Under the pieces are notes generated by a model. It saw only the letters and a program-made list of their open reading frames with translations, was not told the origin of the DNA and made no database searches. A DNA stretch of 15,328 nucleotides, counting the filler, from an uncultured virus (IMG/VR IMGVR_UViG_2061766007_002127) (lineage: Duplodnaviria > Heunggongvirae > Uroviricota > Caudoviricetes). It is 2 parts of one record of this genome, joined end to end, with 100 filler letters (N's around TTAATTAATTAA, not from the genome) between each part and the next. Parts side by side here need not be neighbours in the genome. Positions count along the whole stretch, not along the records: positions 1 to 739 come from IMGVR_UViG_2061766007_002127; positions 840 to 15,328 come from IMGVR_UViG_2061766007_002127. One strand, written 5' to 3'. Each line of letters starts with the position of its first letter. Positions within the stretch are counted from its first letter, which is position 1. The position numbers and the translations under genes were made by a program. Positions 1 through 7,739 of the stretch are shown one piece after another.

Positions 1-739
1 TGAAAAAGGAGGACGACCCGACCCACTGCCCGTGGGGGAACGAGATAGCAGACATCGAGGTGACGACATCCTGCAGGGGAATCCGTGACGCGAAAGGTGA
101 GAGGAAGAACTGTGCCTTCTGTTATAAAAGCCTAACTAGCAACGGTTCGTACATGTCCTTCGACACGTTCAAGGTCATTTTCGACAAGATGAACCAGCCG
201 AGGACGATGACGCAGATTGCGTTCGGCGTCGATGCAGAGTGCAGGACGAACCCAGACATCTGGCGCATCATGGACTACGCTCTTGAGAACGGCGTCGTTC
301 CGAACGTCACGGTGGCAGACATCGACCAGCATGTTGCAGAGAATCTCGTGAAGAGGTGCGGGGCAGTCGCCGTGTCGTGCTACGAGCGCAACAAGGACTG
401 TTGCTACGATTCAATCCAGTTGCTCGTCGAGGAGGCGAAGGCTCAGGGTCGGAAGTCTTTCAAGGTGAACATGCACCTGCTCGTGAGCCATGAGACCGAG
501 AAATTCGTGTTCGAGGTGCTTGATGACATCCTTCACGACCAGCGCCTGAATGGAATGGGCGCAGTCGTACTGCTGTCGCTGAAGCAGAAGGGGAGGGGCG
601 CCGCGTTCCACAAGATGGACGACGAGGTCTACAGGAAGGCGATATTCTTCCTTCAGGACAACCACATTCCATACGGGAGCGACTCGTGCGGGGCGAACCG
701 TCTGATGAAGTGCCTGAAGGCGTACTACGACGGCAAGGA
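1..739 (+). CDS. Radical SAM-family Fe-S protein, partial (5' end outside window, 3' end lost in gap)
   Basis: Frame is open from nt 3 (KKEDDPTHCPWGNEIADIEVTTSC...). It has DIEVTTSC-x12-CAFCYKS (radical SAM Cys motif with an extended first spacer), then MSFDTF, QIAFG, VPNVT and AVAVSCY segments consistent with the partial TIM barrel. Confidence 0.8.
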
Positions 740-783
740 NNNNNNNNNNNNNNNNNNNNNNNNNNNNNNNNNNNNNNNNNNNN

Positions 784-795
784 TTAATTAATTAA
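784..795. other. Artificial contig/scaffold linker (stop codons in all six frames)
   Basis: TTAATTAATTAA sits alone between two 44-nt N runs. It is palindromic and gives TAA in every frame, a common spacer used when joining contigs. Confidence 0.85.
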
Positions 796-842
796 NNNNN
801 NNNNNNNNNNNNNNNNNNNNNNNNNNNNNNNNNNNNNNNATT

Positions 843-1817
843 GTGAAGAAGTTTGCAAGAATCGAGGTCAATGACAACTGGGCTGACGAAATGGACATCG
901 AGTACGTGACGTACATGCCGATGTCGGAGTGGAGGAAGCTGGAGAAGAGAATCGCCAAGTACACGGCGTTCATTCAGGTTCCCATTGGCTCGAACGAGTA
1001 CGTCGAGTACGATGGCGGCGAGGACTATCTTGAGCACTGCCAAGTGACGGAAGTGGATGCAGAAGGCGAGACGCATGGATTTGACTGTCTCGACCCGAAC
1101 GGAATCCTTGAGGGTCTCGTCGAGTCCCAGAAGGAGGAGAGGCGCGTCGGGAAGGTCACTGCCGACGCCACCAGATTCCTGAAGAAACTCTACCGTGACA
1201 TCGTCGATAACTACGACGCAAACAAGCAGACGAAATATGTCGTGCATATGAAATGCGTCAATTCGCCACGTGGGTATTTCGGTGGAACCTTGTCGAAGAG
1301 CTTCGGCATGTCGGAGATGTTCAGGTTCGAATGCGCTGTAAGCGAGGTGCATTTCATCCAGCAGGATGGCAGGACGCTTACGATGTTCGACCACGCAAGG
1401 ATTGACAGCGACATCGACAAGGGAATCGGCAAGTTCATCGACGACTGGAAAATCAGCCACTACGGCGACTACGACCTGAAGGGGATATACAGCCAGACCG
1501 TCATCGACAACCATTTCCTTGCAAAGGTCGACAATGCCGAGATTCTTGCGTCGAATTTCATGGACAATCCGTTGTACCTTGTGAACCGTTCAAAGGCAGA
1601 CCTCGAATACTTCAAGTCGCATGCGATGGAATTCGTGGAAAAGGACTACTACCAGATGTTCGACACGAGAAAGGAGGCAGAGGACGTGGTTGAGCTTATT
1701 GAGCAGAACATGAGGGAGATTCTCGATGCAGGATATTCGCAGGAGCTGATACAGCTCGACAAGTTCGTGGATGATAAGAAGAAGCAGTTGAAGGCGCTCT
1801 ATGCGCAGGAGGTCTGA
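843..1817 (+). CDS. Hypothetical protein, 'DNWADEM' family, copy 1
   Basis: 324-aa ungapped ORF, similar along its length to 6745-7671 (DNWADEMDIEYV vs DNWADEMELEYV; GIGKFIDDW vs GIHKFLKSW; FDTRKEAE vs FNTKEEAE). Confidence 0.85.
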   Translation: MKKFARIEVNDNWADEMDIEYVTYMPMSEWRKLEKRIAKYTAFIQVPIGSNEYVEYDGGEDYLEHCQVTEVDAEGETHGFDCLDPNGILEGLVESQKEERRVGKVTADATRFLKKLYRDIVDNYDANKQTKYVVHMKCVNSPRGYFGGTLSKSFGMSEMFRFECAVSEVHFIQQDGRTLTMFDHARIDSDIDKGIGKFIDDWKISHYGDYDLKGIYSQTVIDNHFLAKVDNAEILASNFMDNPLYLVNRSKADLEYFKSHAMEFVEKDYYQMFDTRKEAEDVVELIEQNMREILDAGYSQELIQLDKFVDDKKKQLKALYAQEV

Positions 1818-2047
1818 TGAACAGGGTTCTATTTATCTTAATCGTTTTTCTCGCTCTGGTTCCGATTGTCTGGAAGATTGTCATGAAGGTAATGATGAAA
1901 ATCGAGAATAGCGTGAACTCGCCAGAAATAGACGTGGACAGGTTCAATGAGCAACGCAAGTCCATGCTCGATGAATTGAACCAGAGGAAACAGAAGGCAG
2001 AGGATGAGGCTTCAAGCGCCCAGGAGGCGATGAGGAAGCTTAAATAG
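1817..2047 (+). CDS. Small membrane-anchored coiled-coil protein
   Basis: TGATG stop/start overlap with GGAGG upstream; hydrophobic N-terminus (VLFILIVFLALVPIVW) then a charged helical tail; directly precedes the SPFH gene. Confidence 0.8.
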   Translation: MNRVLFILIVFLALVPIVWKIVMKVMMKIENSVNSPEIDVDRFNEQRKSMLDELNQRKQKAEDEASSAQEAMRKLK

Positions 2048-2087
2048 TGGTTTTTTTCAACAGAGGAATCAATAGGAGAAAGTAAAA

Positions 2088-3336
2088 ATGTCAAGCAAAG
2101 GTATTGCGACTACAATCACGGTGTGCGTCAGTCTTTTCGTGGCGCTGGTCATCTCATGCATGTTCATCCACAAGAACAACATCTCGCAGTTGCAGGTGAT
2201 ACAGTCCTTCACTGGAAAGACATCGGTGAAGACAACGGGAGGCATTTATTTCAAGATGTTCCCGACAATCTGGACGTACAACAAGACGAACCAGGTCGCC
2301 TTTTCGTTCGAGAAGGACGAGTCCAAGGACAACGACGGCGTGCATGTGTTCTTCAGCAACAAGGGGCAGGGAGATGTCTCGACTCAGGTCACGTACAACA
2401 TCCTTTCCGAGGAGGAGAAGGTATACAAGATGCACGAGCTGGCGAAGGGCGACGACGACGTGATAGACCGTCGAATCCTTGCGACAATCCGTGAAATCAC
2501 GATGCGCGAGGCTGGTCTCATCACCAGCTCCGAGGCAATCGAGAAGCGCGAGGAGTTCGCCAACAAAATCAGACAGCAGTTGCTGCACAACCCCGACTAT
2601 CTCGCCATCGGCGTGGACATCACGCAGTTCACCATCACGAACATCTCGTTCGACGACCTGACCATTCAGGCGTACAAGAAGGCGCAGGAAGCCGACTTGC
2701 AGAAGAAGACGGCAGAGGCTGAGAANNNNNNNNNNNNNNNNNNNNNNNNNNNNNNNNNNNNNNNNNNNNNNNNNNCAACAGGTCGCTGAATCCAAGGGCA
2801 AAGCCGAGGTCGAGAAGATGAAGGCGACGACCGATGCAGAGCGCGAGAAGGAGCTTGCAGAAATCAAGGCGAAGCAGGAGGTCGCAGTCGCAGAGCTGAA
2901 CAAGGAGAAGGCAATCATCGAGGCTAACAAGTTGCTTGAGGTCGCCGAAATCCAGAAGAAGGAGGAGCAGGCACGGCTGGAGGTCATCAGGATTCAGGCT
3001 GAGCAGAAGGTCGCTGAAGCCGAGGCGAAGAAACAGCAGATTGAACTTGCTGGCGACATTACGGAGAAGGATAGGTTCGAGCTGGAAATCCAGATGAAGA
3101 CAAAGGTCGATGTGGCGAAGGCTATCGCGCAGGGCTTGAACGGGATGAAGCTTCCGACAACGTTGTTCATCGGGGCGAACGGTGGTGGTGGCAAGGCTGG
3201 AAACGCGCTCGACTATCTCATCAATCTTCTTACCGTCCAAAAGGCTAACGAGGTGTCGAAGGCAGAGCCGATTGGCAAAGGGATGTATTCCAGTGGAATC
3301 ATGCTCAACGACATTAAGCGCGAGGCTGCTGAATAG
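2088..3336 (+). CDS. SPFH/band-7/flotillin-like membrane protein (one gene split by the N gap at 2726-2775)
   Basis: AGGAG RBS; N-terminal TM helix; GGIYFKMF and ...IGVDITQFTITNISFDD SPFH-like segments; long A/E/K-rich coiled coil (AEREKELAEIKAKQEVAVAE); C-terminal LPTTLFIG-GGG. The frame changes only across the gap. Confidence 0.8.
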
Positions 3337-3346
3337 CGGCAGACAG

Positions 3347-3559
3347 ATGACCAAGGACGAGTTCAACAGGACGATGGACGGGTACCTCTGGATTCTCCAG
3401 AGGGCGCGTGAAGTCCTTGACAGGAATGGAATCAAGGACATCGAGGGCGTTTCCAGCGTCGTCCCACATGACGGCAAGGTCGTCATCAAGTACCTGTACA
3501 GATGGGACAGGGAAATAGACGGCGACAGCCTTGAGGTGACGCTGGACGAATTCCTTTAG
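3347..3559 (+). CDS. Hypothetical protein, 70 aa (MTKDEFNRTMDGY...VTLDEFL)
   Basis: ATG 10 nt after the SPFH stop; codon style matches neighbours; the longer ORF-track start overlaps the SPFH gene. Confidence 0.7.
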   Translation: MTKDEFNRTMDGYLWILQRAREVLDRNGIKDIEGVSSVVPHDGKVVIKYLYRWDREIDGDSLEVTLDEFL

Positions 3560-3586
3560 ACAAAATCTGCCAGAATCTATGAAAAC

Positions 3587-3598
3587 ATATTATAATAT
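3587..3598 (+). promoter_or_regulatory. Candidate -10 element inside a 12-bp palindrome
   Basis: ATATTATAATAT is a perfect palindrome containing TATAAT (3591-3596), in an AT-rich intergenic region upstream of 3759. No good -35. Confidence 0.4.
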
Positions 3599-3693
3599 TC
3601 AAATGACTTGAAATCTTGTTTTCATGTTTCATATTGATTATGCTTGGAAATTGACTTTCTGACTTGATTTCCATCATCTCATATTGAGGTGTT

Positions 3694-3732
3694 CATCCAT
3701 GAAATGTCAGATTTTGCCAGATTTCATGGATG
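3694..3732. repeat. 12-bp perfect inverted repeat (hairpin or operator)
   Basis: CATCCATGAAAT (3694-3705) / ATTTCATGGATG (3721-3732), 15-nt loop, no U-tract. Confidence 0.7.
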
Positions 3733-3758
3733 TGAGTTGAAATCTGAAGGGGGGCTGA

Positions 3759-4141
3759 ATGAGAATGAGGATTGGATATGTGAGCAACTCGAGCTCGAGT
3801 TCGTTCATCGTGTACGGCGAGGTCGTCGGCTACAAGGAGGCTCTCGAACGGATGGATGGCGCGAACGTGTACTGCGTCGTCAAGGACGGCGGGACGAGCG
3901 GCGACGTGGCAGACTTCATATTCAGGATGAGCCGTGGTCGGATGGACAGGCTGGNNNNNNNNNNNNNNNNNNNNNNNNNNNNGTCGGCAGGATAATGAGG
4001 ACGAACGGGTTCTACGTCTGCGACATCGCAGAGCCGTTGACGGGAGGGGGCGTGTACGACTTCGACAAGGACCACAGCTCGCCTGGGACGGACTCCGACG
4101 ACGACGGCAACTTCATCGACTGGATTGAATGCAGGAGGTAG
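3759..4141 (+). CDS. Hypothetical protein with N-terminal R-x-G-Y-V-S-N-S-S-S-S-S-F motif (split by N gap)
   Basis: MRMRIGYVSNSSSSSFIVYG start after a G-rich RBS; after the gap (3955-3982) it continues in another frame as GRIMRTNGFYVCD...WIECRR*. I recognise the motif from uncharacterised phage/bacterial proteins. Confidence 0.7.
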
Positions 4142-4144
4142 AAT

Positions 4145-4447
4145 ATGGTCATTGNNNNNNNNNNNNNNNNNNNNNNNNNNNNNAGGGCTTTGAACGGCGA
4201 CAAGATATACGGATGCTTGTCGGACTGCGACATGGTTTGGTACGCCGACCTTTCCGACAGGGCGTTGCTCGACGAGTACGTTTCCATACNNNNNNNNNNN
4301 NNNNNNNTCGACAGCCTTGAGTTCATCTCGGAGGGCGACAGGGTCGACTTCGGCGTTGGCAAGTACCTGTTCATGTCGCACGAGGAGGAGTGGATTGAGA
4401 AGGTGGAGACTCCAGAGAGGCTAAGGGAGGTGTACGCATGTTGCTGA
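4145..4447 (+). CDS. Hypothetical protein (two internal gaps)
   Basis: GGAGGT RBS before ATG 4145; open frame either side of the gaps; overlaps the next start. Confidence 0.65.
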   Translation: MVIXXXXXXXXXXRALNGDKIYGCLSDCDMVWYADLSDRALLDEYVSIXXXXXXXDSLEFISEGDRVDFGVGKYLFMSHEEEWIEKVETPERLREVYACC

Positions 4448-4730
4448 GAAGGCTTTTGGAAATGGAGGAGGTCAGGGAATTCTGTTTCGTCATCGGGTTC
4501 GCCGTGGCGTTCATCGTGTTCTGNNNNNNNNNNNNNNNNNNNNNNNNNNNNNNNNNNNNNNNNNNNNNNNNNNNNNNNNNNNNNNNNNNNAGGAGAGCCT
4601 GCCGAGGGTCAACGGAATCCACGTGGTTGTAATCGACGGTCACGAGTACATCTACTTCGTGAACGGGGCGAAGGGAAGCGTCTGCCACAAGGCAGACTGC
4701 CAGAAATGCGTGAAAGGAGGAGACGAATGA
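4438..4730 (+). CDS. Small membrane-anchored protein with C-terminal H-x3-C-x2-C motif (split by gap)
   Basis: GGAGG RBS; TM segment FCFVIGFAVAFIVF; post-gap frame reads ESLPRVNGIHVVVIDGHEYIYFVNGAKGSVCHKADCQKCVKGGDE* with TGA 4728-4730 overlapping the next ATG (ATGA). Confidence 0.7.
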
Positions 4731-5002
4731 AGAAGTCGTACAAATGCGATGCATGCGGGGAGGAGTTCAAGAGCGAGAAGGAGTGCCTTGAGCACGAGAA
4801 GACCTGCATGACGACGGAGAACCTCATCAAGAGGATACGGGAGCTGGAGTCGAGGGTGGAGACGCTTGAGGCGTTGCTGAGGATGAAGGAGACATACGTT
4901 CCGTACATCCCTCCACAGCCACCACCAGAGTACCCTTCGTATCCACGCAACCCGTGGACGGTTCCACCTATCTGGTGCAGGGCGTCCGACGACGCGAAGT
5001 GA
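4727..5002 (+). CDS. Zinc-finger (C2HC-type) / coiled-coil / Pro-rich protein
   Basis: AGGAGG RBS; YKCDACGEEF-x7-EHEKTC; heptad stretch LIKRIRELESRVETLEALL; Pro-rich tail. Confidence 0.75.
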   Translation: MKKSYKCDACGEEFKSEKECLEHEKTCMTTENLIKRIRELESRVETLEALLRMKETYVPYIPPQPPPEYPSYPRNPWTVPPIWCRASDDAK

Positions 5003-5011
5003 ACGGGCGAC

Positions 5012-5051
5012 AATGCCTTCCATATATAATCATGGAAGGCATTTTTCGTTT
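5012..5051 (+). terminator. Rho-independent terminator
   Basis: 12-bp stem AATGCCTTCCAT / ATGGAAGGCATT, 8-nt loop, running into a T-rich tail (TTTTTCGTTT), 9 nt after the stop at 5002. Confidence 0.75.
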
Positions 5052-5077
5052 ATACGCGCCACAGTTTGCAGGCGTTT

Positions 5078-5127
5078 AAGAGCATTCAATAAAGGGGACA
5101 AGGACATGAGCATACCGAGTTACATCC
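5078..5127 (+). repeat. 50-bp exact direct repeat, copy 1 (leader + RBS + first codons MSIPSYI)
   Basis: AAGAGCATTCAATAAAGGGGACAAGGACATGAGCATACCGAGTTACATCC is identical to 6686-6735. Confidence 0.9.
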
Positions 5128-5840
5128 AGACATTCAGCACCGACATCGACGTTGCCAACACGGACACGTTGTTGCACCTGCTCGCACCTGGCGAGATTTT
5201 CATTGCGTTCACGAAGGAAGTCGTGGCGAACGGCGACGCCGTCGTGCCTCCTGGAACCAAGGTCGTGTTCAAGGAATCCAACGGTGGCTTGATAAGCGTC
5301 GTCGCGTGCGGGAGCAGGGAGAACATCAAGGAGTTCTACTCGTCTGGAAACGCCATAAAGGTCAGAAGCGCGTCGGTCGGGATGACCTGCTCCATGACTG
5401 GGATAGTGTTCGAAGGCACATGGCCCTCACCTGGTCCGACACCAGAGGAAAGCTCCACAAGTGGGGAGGAGGGAAGTTCTGCTAGTGGTGGCGAGGGAGG
5501 CTCCAGCAGTTCTGCTGGTGGTGGCGATTACAGCACCATATACCTGACCATGAGTGGCGAATGGGCAGACTCACGCTACAACGGGATGTACACATACTAT
5601 GACGACAATGTCAGCACGTTCCCGAACGGATACTGGAAAAAAGAAGATTACATACTTGGCAAGACGAACAACGATGGATGGCTTCTGCGAAAGGAAGATG
5701 AAGCAGGTTATTACCAGTTGCAGGGAAACCAGTATGCTGGCATCGGGGACTTGATTGGCATGACTCAATTCGACTTGTTCGGTGGCGAAGGGGACTATTA
5801 CGGTACATCTAACGTGACGATTAGCACCAATCCTCAATAA
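5106..5840 (+). CDS. Putative virion-surface/decoration protein A: ~100-aa core + Pro/Gly/Ser linker + aromatic-rich C-terminal domain
   Basis: ATG 5106 after a purine-rich RBS. Core motifs FIAFTKE, VFKE, GSRENIKEFY, SMTGI are shared with 5906-6625. Linker PSPGPTPEESSTSGEEGSSASGG. Function is inferred from composition only. Confidence 0.7.
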   Translation: MSIPSYIQTFSTDIDVANTDTLLHLLAPGEIFIAFTKEVVANGDAVVPPGTKVVFKESNGGLISVVACGSRENIKEFYSSGNAIKVRSASVGMTCSMTGIVFEGTWPSPGPTPEESSTSGEEGSSASGGEGGSSSSAGGGDYSTIYLTMSGEWADSRYNGMYTYYDDNVSTFPNGYWKKEDYILGKTNNDGWLLRKEDEAGYYQLQGNQYAGIGDLIGMTQFDLFGGEGDYYGTSNVTISTNPQ

Positions 5841-5905
5841 CCTGTTTCAAATGAATGAAGTGCAATGACGGTGGAGGCGCCGTGCTGAAGGAGTAGAGGA
5901 GCAAC

Positions 5906-6625
5906 ATGAGTTCGACCCACGACTACATCGTTACGGTATCATCGCCCGTGTCTGCGAACGTGGACAGCGTCCTGTACGAGGTTCAGGATGGTCGCTCGTT
6001 CATCGCATTCTGCAAGGAATTCACTGCGAACAGCGCAGGCGGGGTCACGGTCGTCGGCGTGTACGACCCGTCGAATCCAGATTCCATGGTCTATTCGGAG
6101 CTGTCTGGAGTATACGTCGAGGACGGGACGCACAACGGGAGGAAGGCATACCACCGTGTCTCTGAAAACGGGGTGTCGGAGAAGTGGCTCGTATGGGCTG
6201 GATGCGGGATGTTCGATGTATACGCATGGCTTTTCAACGGCGTCAAGGGCGATTGCGAGAATCCAGACATCGAAACGAACGGATATGTCTTCTCGTATTC
6301 GGACGTGGCGACTCCAGACCTTGCGTCGGACTGGATTTACGACACAAGCGCGAACGGCACGATTCCATCTGGTAAGTTCTCCGTGGTGGAGGGGGGAGGC
6401 TCGGTTCCATTGGAAGGCACGGCAGTGTTCAAGGAGGAGTACGACGGCGTGGCGAGGCATCCGTTCACGTCCGTGTGCGCTGGTGGAAGGGAAATCATAA
6501 AGGAGAGGTACGACGCTGGCACGGTCGTCAGCGTGAATGCAGACGTGGCTGGCACGGCAAGCATCACTGGCATTGAATACGACATGAAAGGCGCCCCGAT
6601 TGTCCCTCCGACCGATGACGGTTGA
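5906..6625 (+). CDS. Putative virion-surface/decoration protein B, paralog of A with a ~120-aa insertion inside the core
   Basis: GAGGAG RBS; motifs FIAFCKE ...(insert)... VFKE, GGREIIKERY, SITGI. Confidence 0.75.
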   Translation: MSSTHDYIVTVSSPVSANVDSVLYEVQDGRSFIAFCKEFTANSAGGVTVVGVYDPSNPDSMVYSELSGVYVEDGTHNGRKAYHRVSENGVSEKWLVWAGCGMFDVYAWLFNGVKGDCENPDIETNGYVFSYSDVATPDLASDWIYDTSANGTIPSGKFSVVEGGGSVPLEGTAVFKEEYDGVARHPFTSVCAGGREIIKERYDAGTVVSVNADVAGTASITGIEYDMKGAPIVPPTDDG

Positions 6626-6685
6626 ACGGATTTTTCGTCGAGCAGGCTTGAAACCTCCTGATTGCGCGACATATNNNNNNNNNNC

Positions 6686-6735
6686 AAGAGCATTCAATAA
6701 AGGGGACAAGGACATGAGCATACCGAGTTACATCC
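6686..6735 (+). repeat. 50-bp exact direct repeat, copy 2, isolated between two 10-N gaps
   Basis: Identical to 5078-5127. Confidence 0.85.
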
Positions 6736-6744
6736 NNNNNNNNN

Positions 6745-7671
6745 NTGAAGAAGCTTGTGAAAATCACCGTCAGAGACAACTGGGCTGACGAAATGGAGCT
6801 CGAGTACGTCAGGACGATGCCGTTGTCCCAGTGGAAAAGGCTTGAGGCTAGGCTGTCCAAGTTCAGGACATGGGTCGACATGAACGTCGGCTCGAACGAG
6901 AGCGNNNNNNNNNNNNNNNNNNNNNNNNNNNNNNNNNNNNNNNNNNNNNNNNNNNNNNNNNNNNNNNNNNNNNNNNNNNNNNNNNNNNNNNNNNNNNNNN
7001 NNNNNNNNNNNNNNNNNNNNNNNNNNNNNNNNNNNNNNNNNNNNNNNTACAGGGACACCGAGAAGCTGTGGAAGTCCAGCGCCAGCAAGTCGTATGGAGT
7101 CGTGGTCGAGTTCGACAACCAGCCACGTGGAACGGACATGTACTCGAAGTTCTTCGAAGGGGATGCGTTCAGGCTGAACCGTCGCATGGTCGAGATTGAG
7201 AATATTGAAAAGGACGGGGCGTTCTACCTGAAGACGCACGATTTGCTCGAAATCGAGAAGGGCGACGAGAGGGATGGAATCCACAAGTTCCTGAAAAGCT
7301 GGAGAATGAACGGCAACTGGGGCAAGGACGTTGGCAATATGACCGTCCTCGACAGCCCGTTCCTGAGAAAACTGGACAGCCTTGAGAAGCTTGCATGTGG
7401 TGGCATGAGGATGCCCGTCAAGAATGCCGTCGGCACGATTGAATCCGTGAAGGAGCACATCCTTGAGATTGTCTACCTGAGGTTCTTCGTCGTGTTCAAT
7501 ACGAAGGAGGAGGCAGAGGCATTCCTGTCGGAAATCGACAGGAACGAGCAGTCCATACTNNNNNNNNNNNNNNNNNNNNNNNNNNNNNNNNNNNNNNNNN
7601 NNNNNNNNNNNNNNNNNNNNNNNNNNNNNNNNNNNNNNNNNNNNNNNNNNNAGACAGAGGAAACAGCTTGA
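6745..7671 (+). CDS. Hypothetical protein, 'DNWADEM' family, copy 2 (gapped; both ends approximate)
   Basis: (n)TG AAG AAG CTT GTG... gives MKKLVKITVRDNWADEMELEYV, colinear with 843-1817. The true stop may lie in the gap at 7560-7651. Confidence 0.8.
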   Translation, partial: XKKLVKITVRDNWADEMELEYVRTMPLSQWKRLEARLSKFRTWVDMNVGSNESXXXXXXXXXXXXXXXXXXXXXXXXXXXXXXXXXXXXXXXXXXXXXXXXYRDTEKLWKSSASKSYGVVVEFDNQPRGTDMYSKFFEGDAFRLNRRMVEIENIEKDGAFYLKTHDLLEIEKGDERDGIHKFLKSWRMNGNWGKDVGNMTVLDSPFLRKLDSLEKLACGGMRMPVKNAVGTIESVKEHILEIVYLRFFVVFNTKEEAEAFLSEIDRNEQSIXXXXXXXXXXXXXXXXXXXXXXXXXXXXXXXXTEETA

Positions 7672-7697
7672 CATTTCGGAAATCTGGCGTATATTAT
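7668..7697 (+). promoter_or_regulatory. Sigma70-type promoter
   Basis: Perfect TTGACA (7668-7673), with TATATT at 16-nt or TATTAT at 18-nt spacing; about 40 nt upstream of the next start codon. Confidence 0.65.
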
Positions 7698-7739
7698 GTC
7701 CAGAATTGAAAAAACCATTAAAGTCAAAGGAGAATGGCA

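Noticed and set aside
3786..3801. Perfect 16-bp palindrome AACTCGAGCTCGAGTT
   Set aside because: It lies inside the NSSSSS codons and is explained by alternating TCG/AGC serine codons.
4139..4147. TAG read-through (stop-codon reassignment), since ATG 4145 is in frame with the TAG at 4139-4141
   Set aside because: A good GGAGGT RBS precedes 4145, other TAGs end genes sensibly, and the long conserved genes contain no in-frame TAG.
4145..4447. Paralogy with the upstream NSSSSS-motif gene (ALNGDKIYGC vs RMDGANVYCV)
   Set aside because: The similarity is too short and interrupted by gaps to support.
5013..5105. Earlier start for gene A at 5013
   Set aside because: It runs through the terminator hairpin. 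The paralog alignment and the RBS point to ATG 5106.
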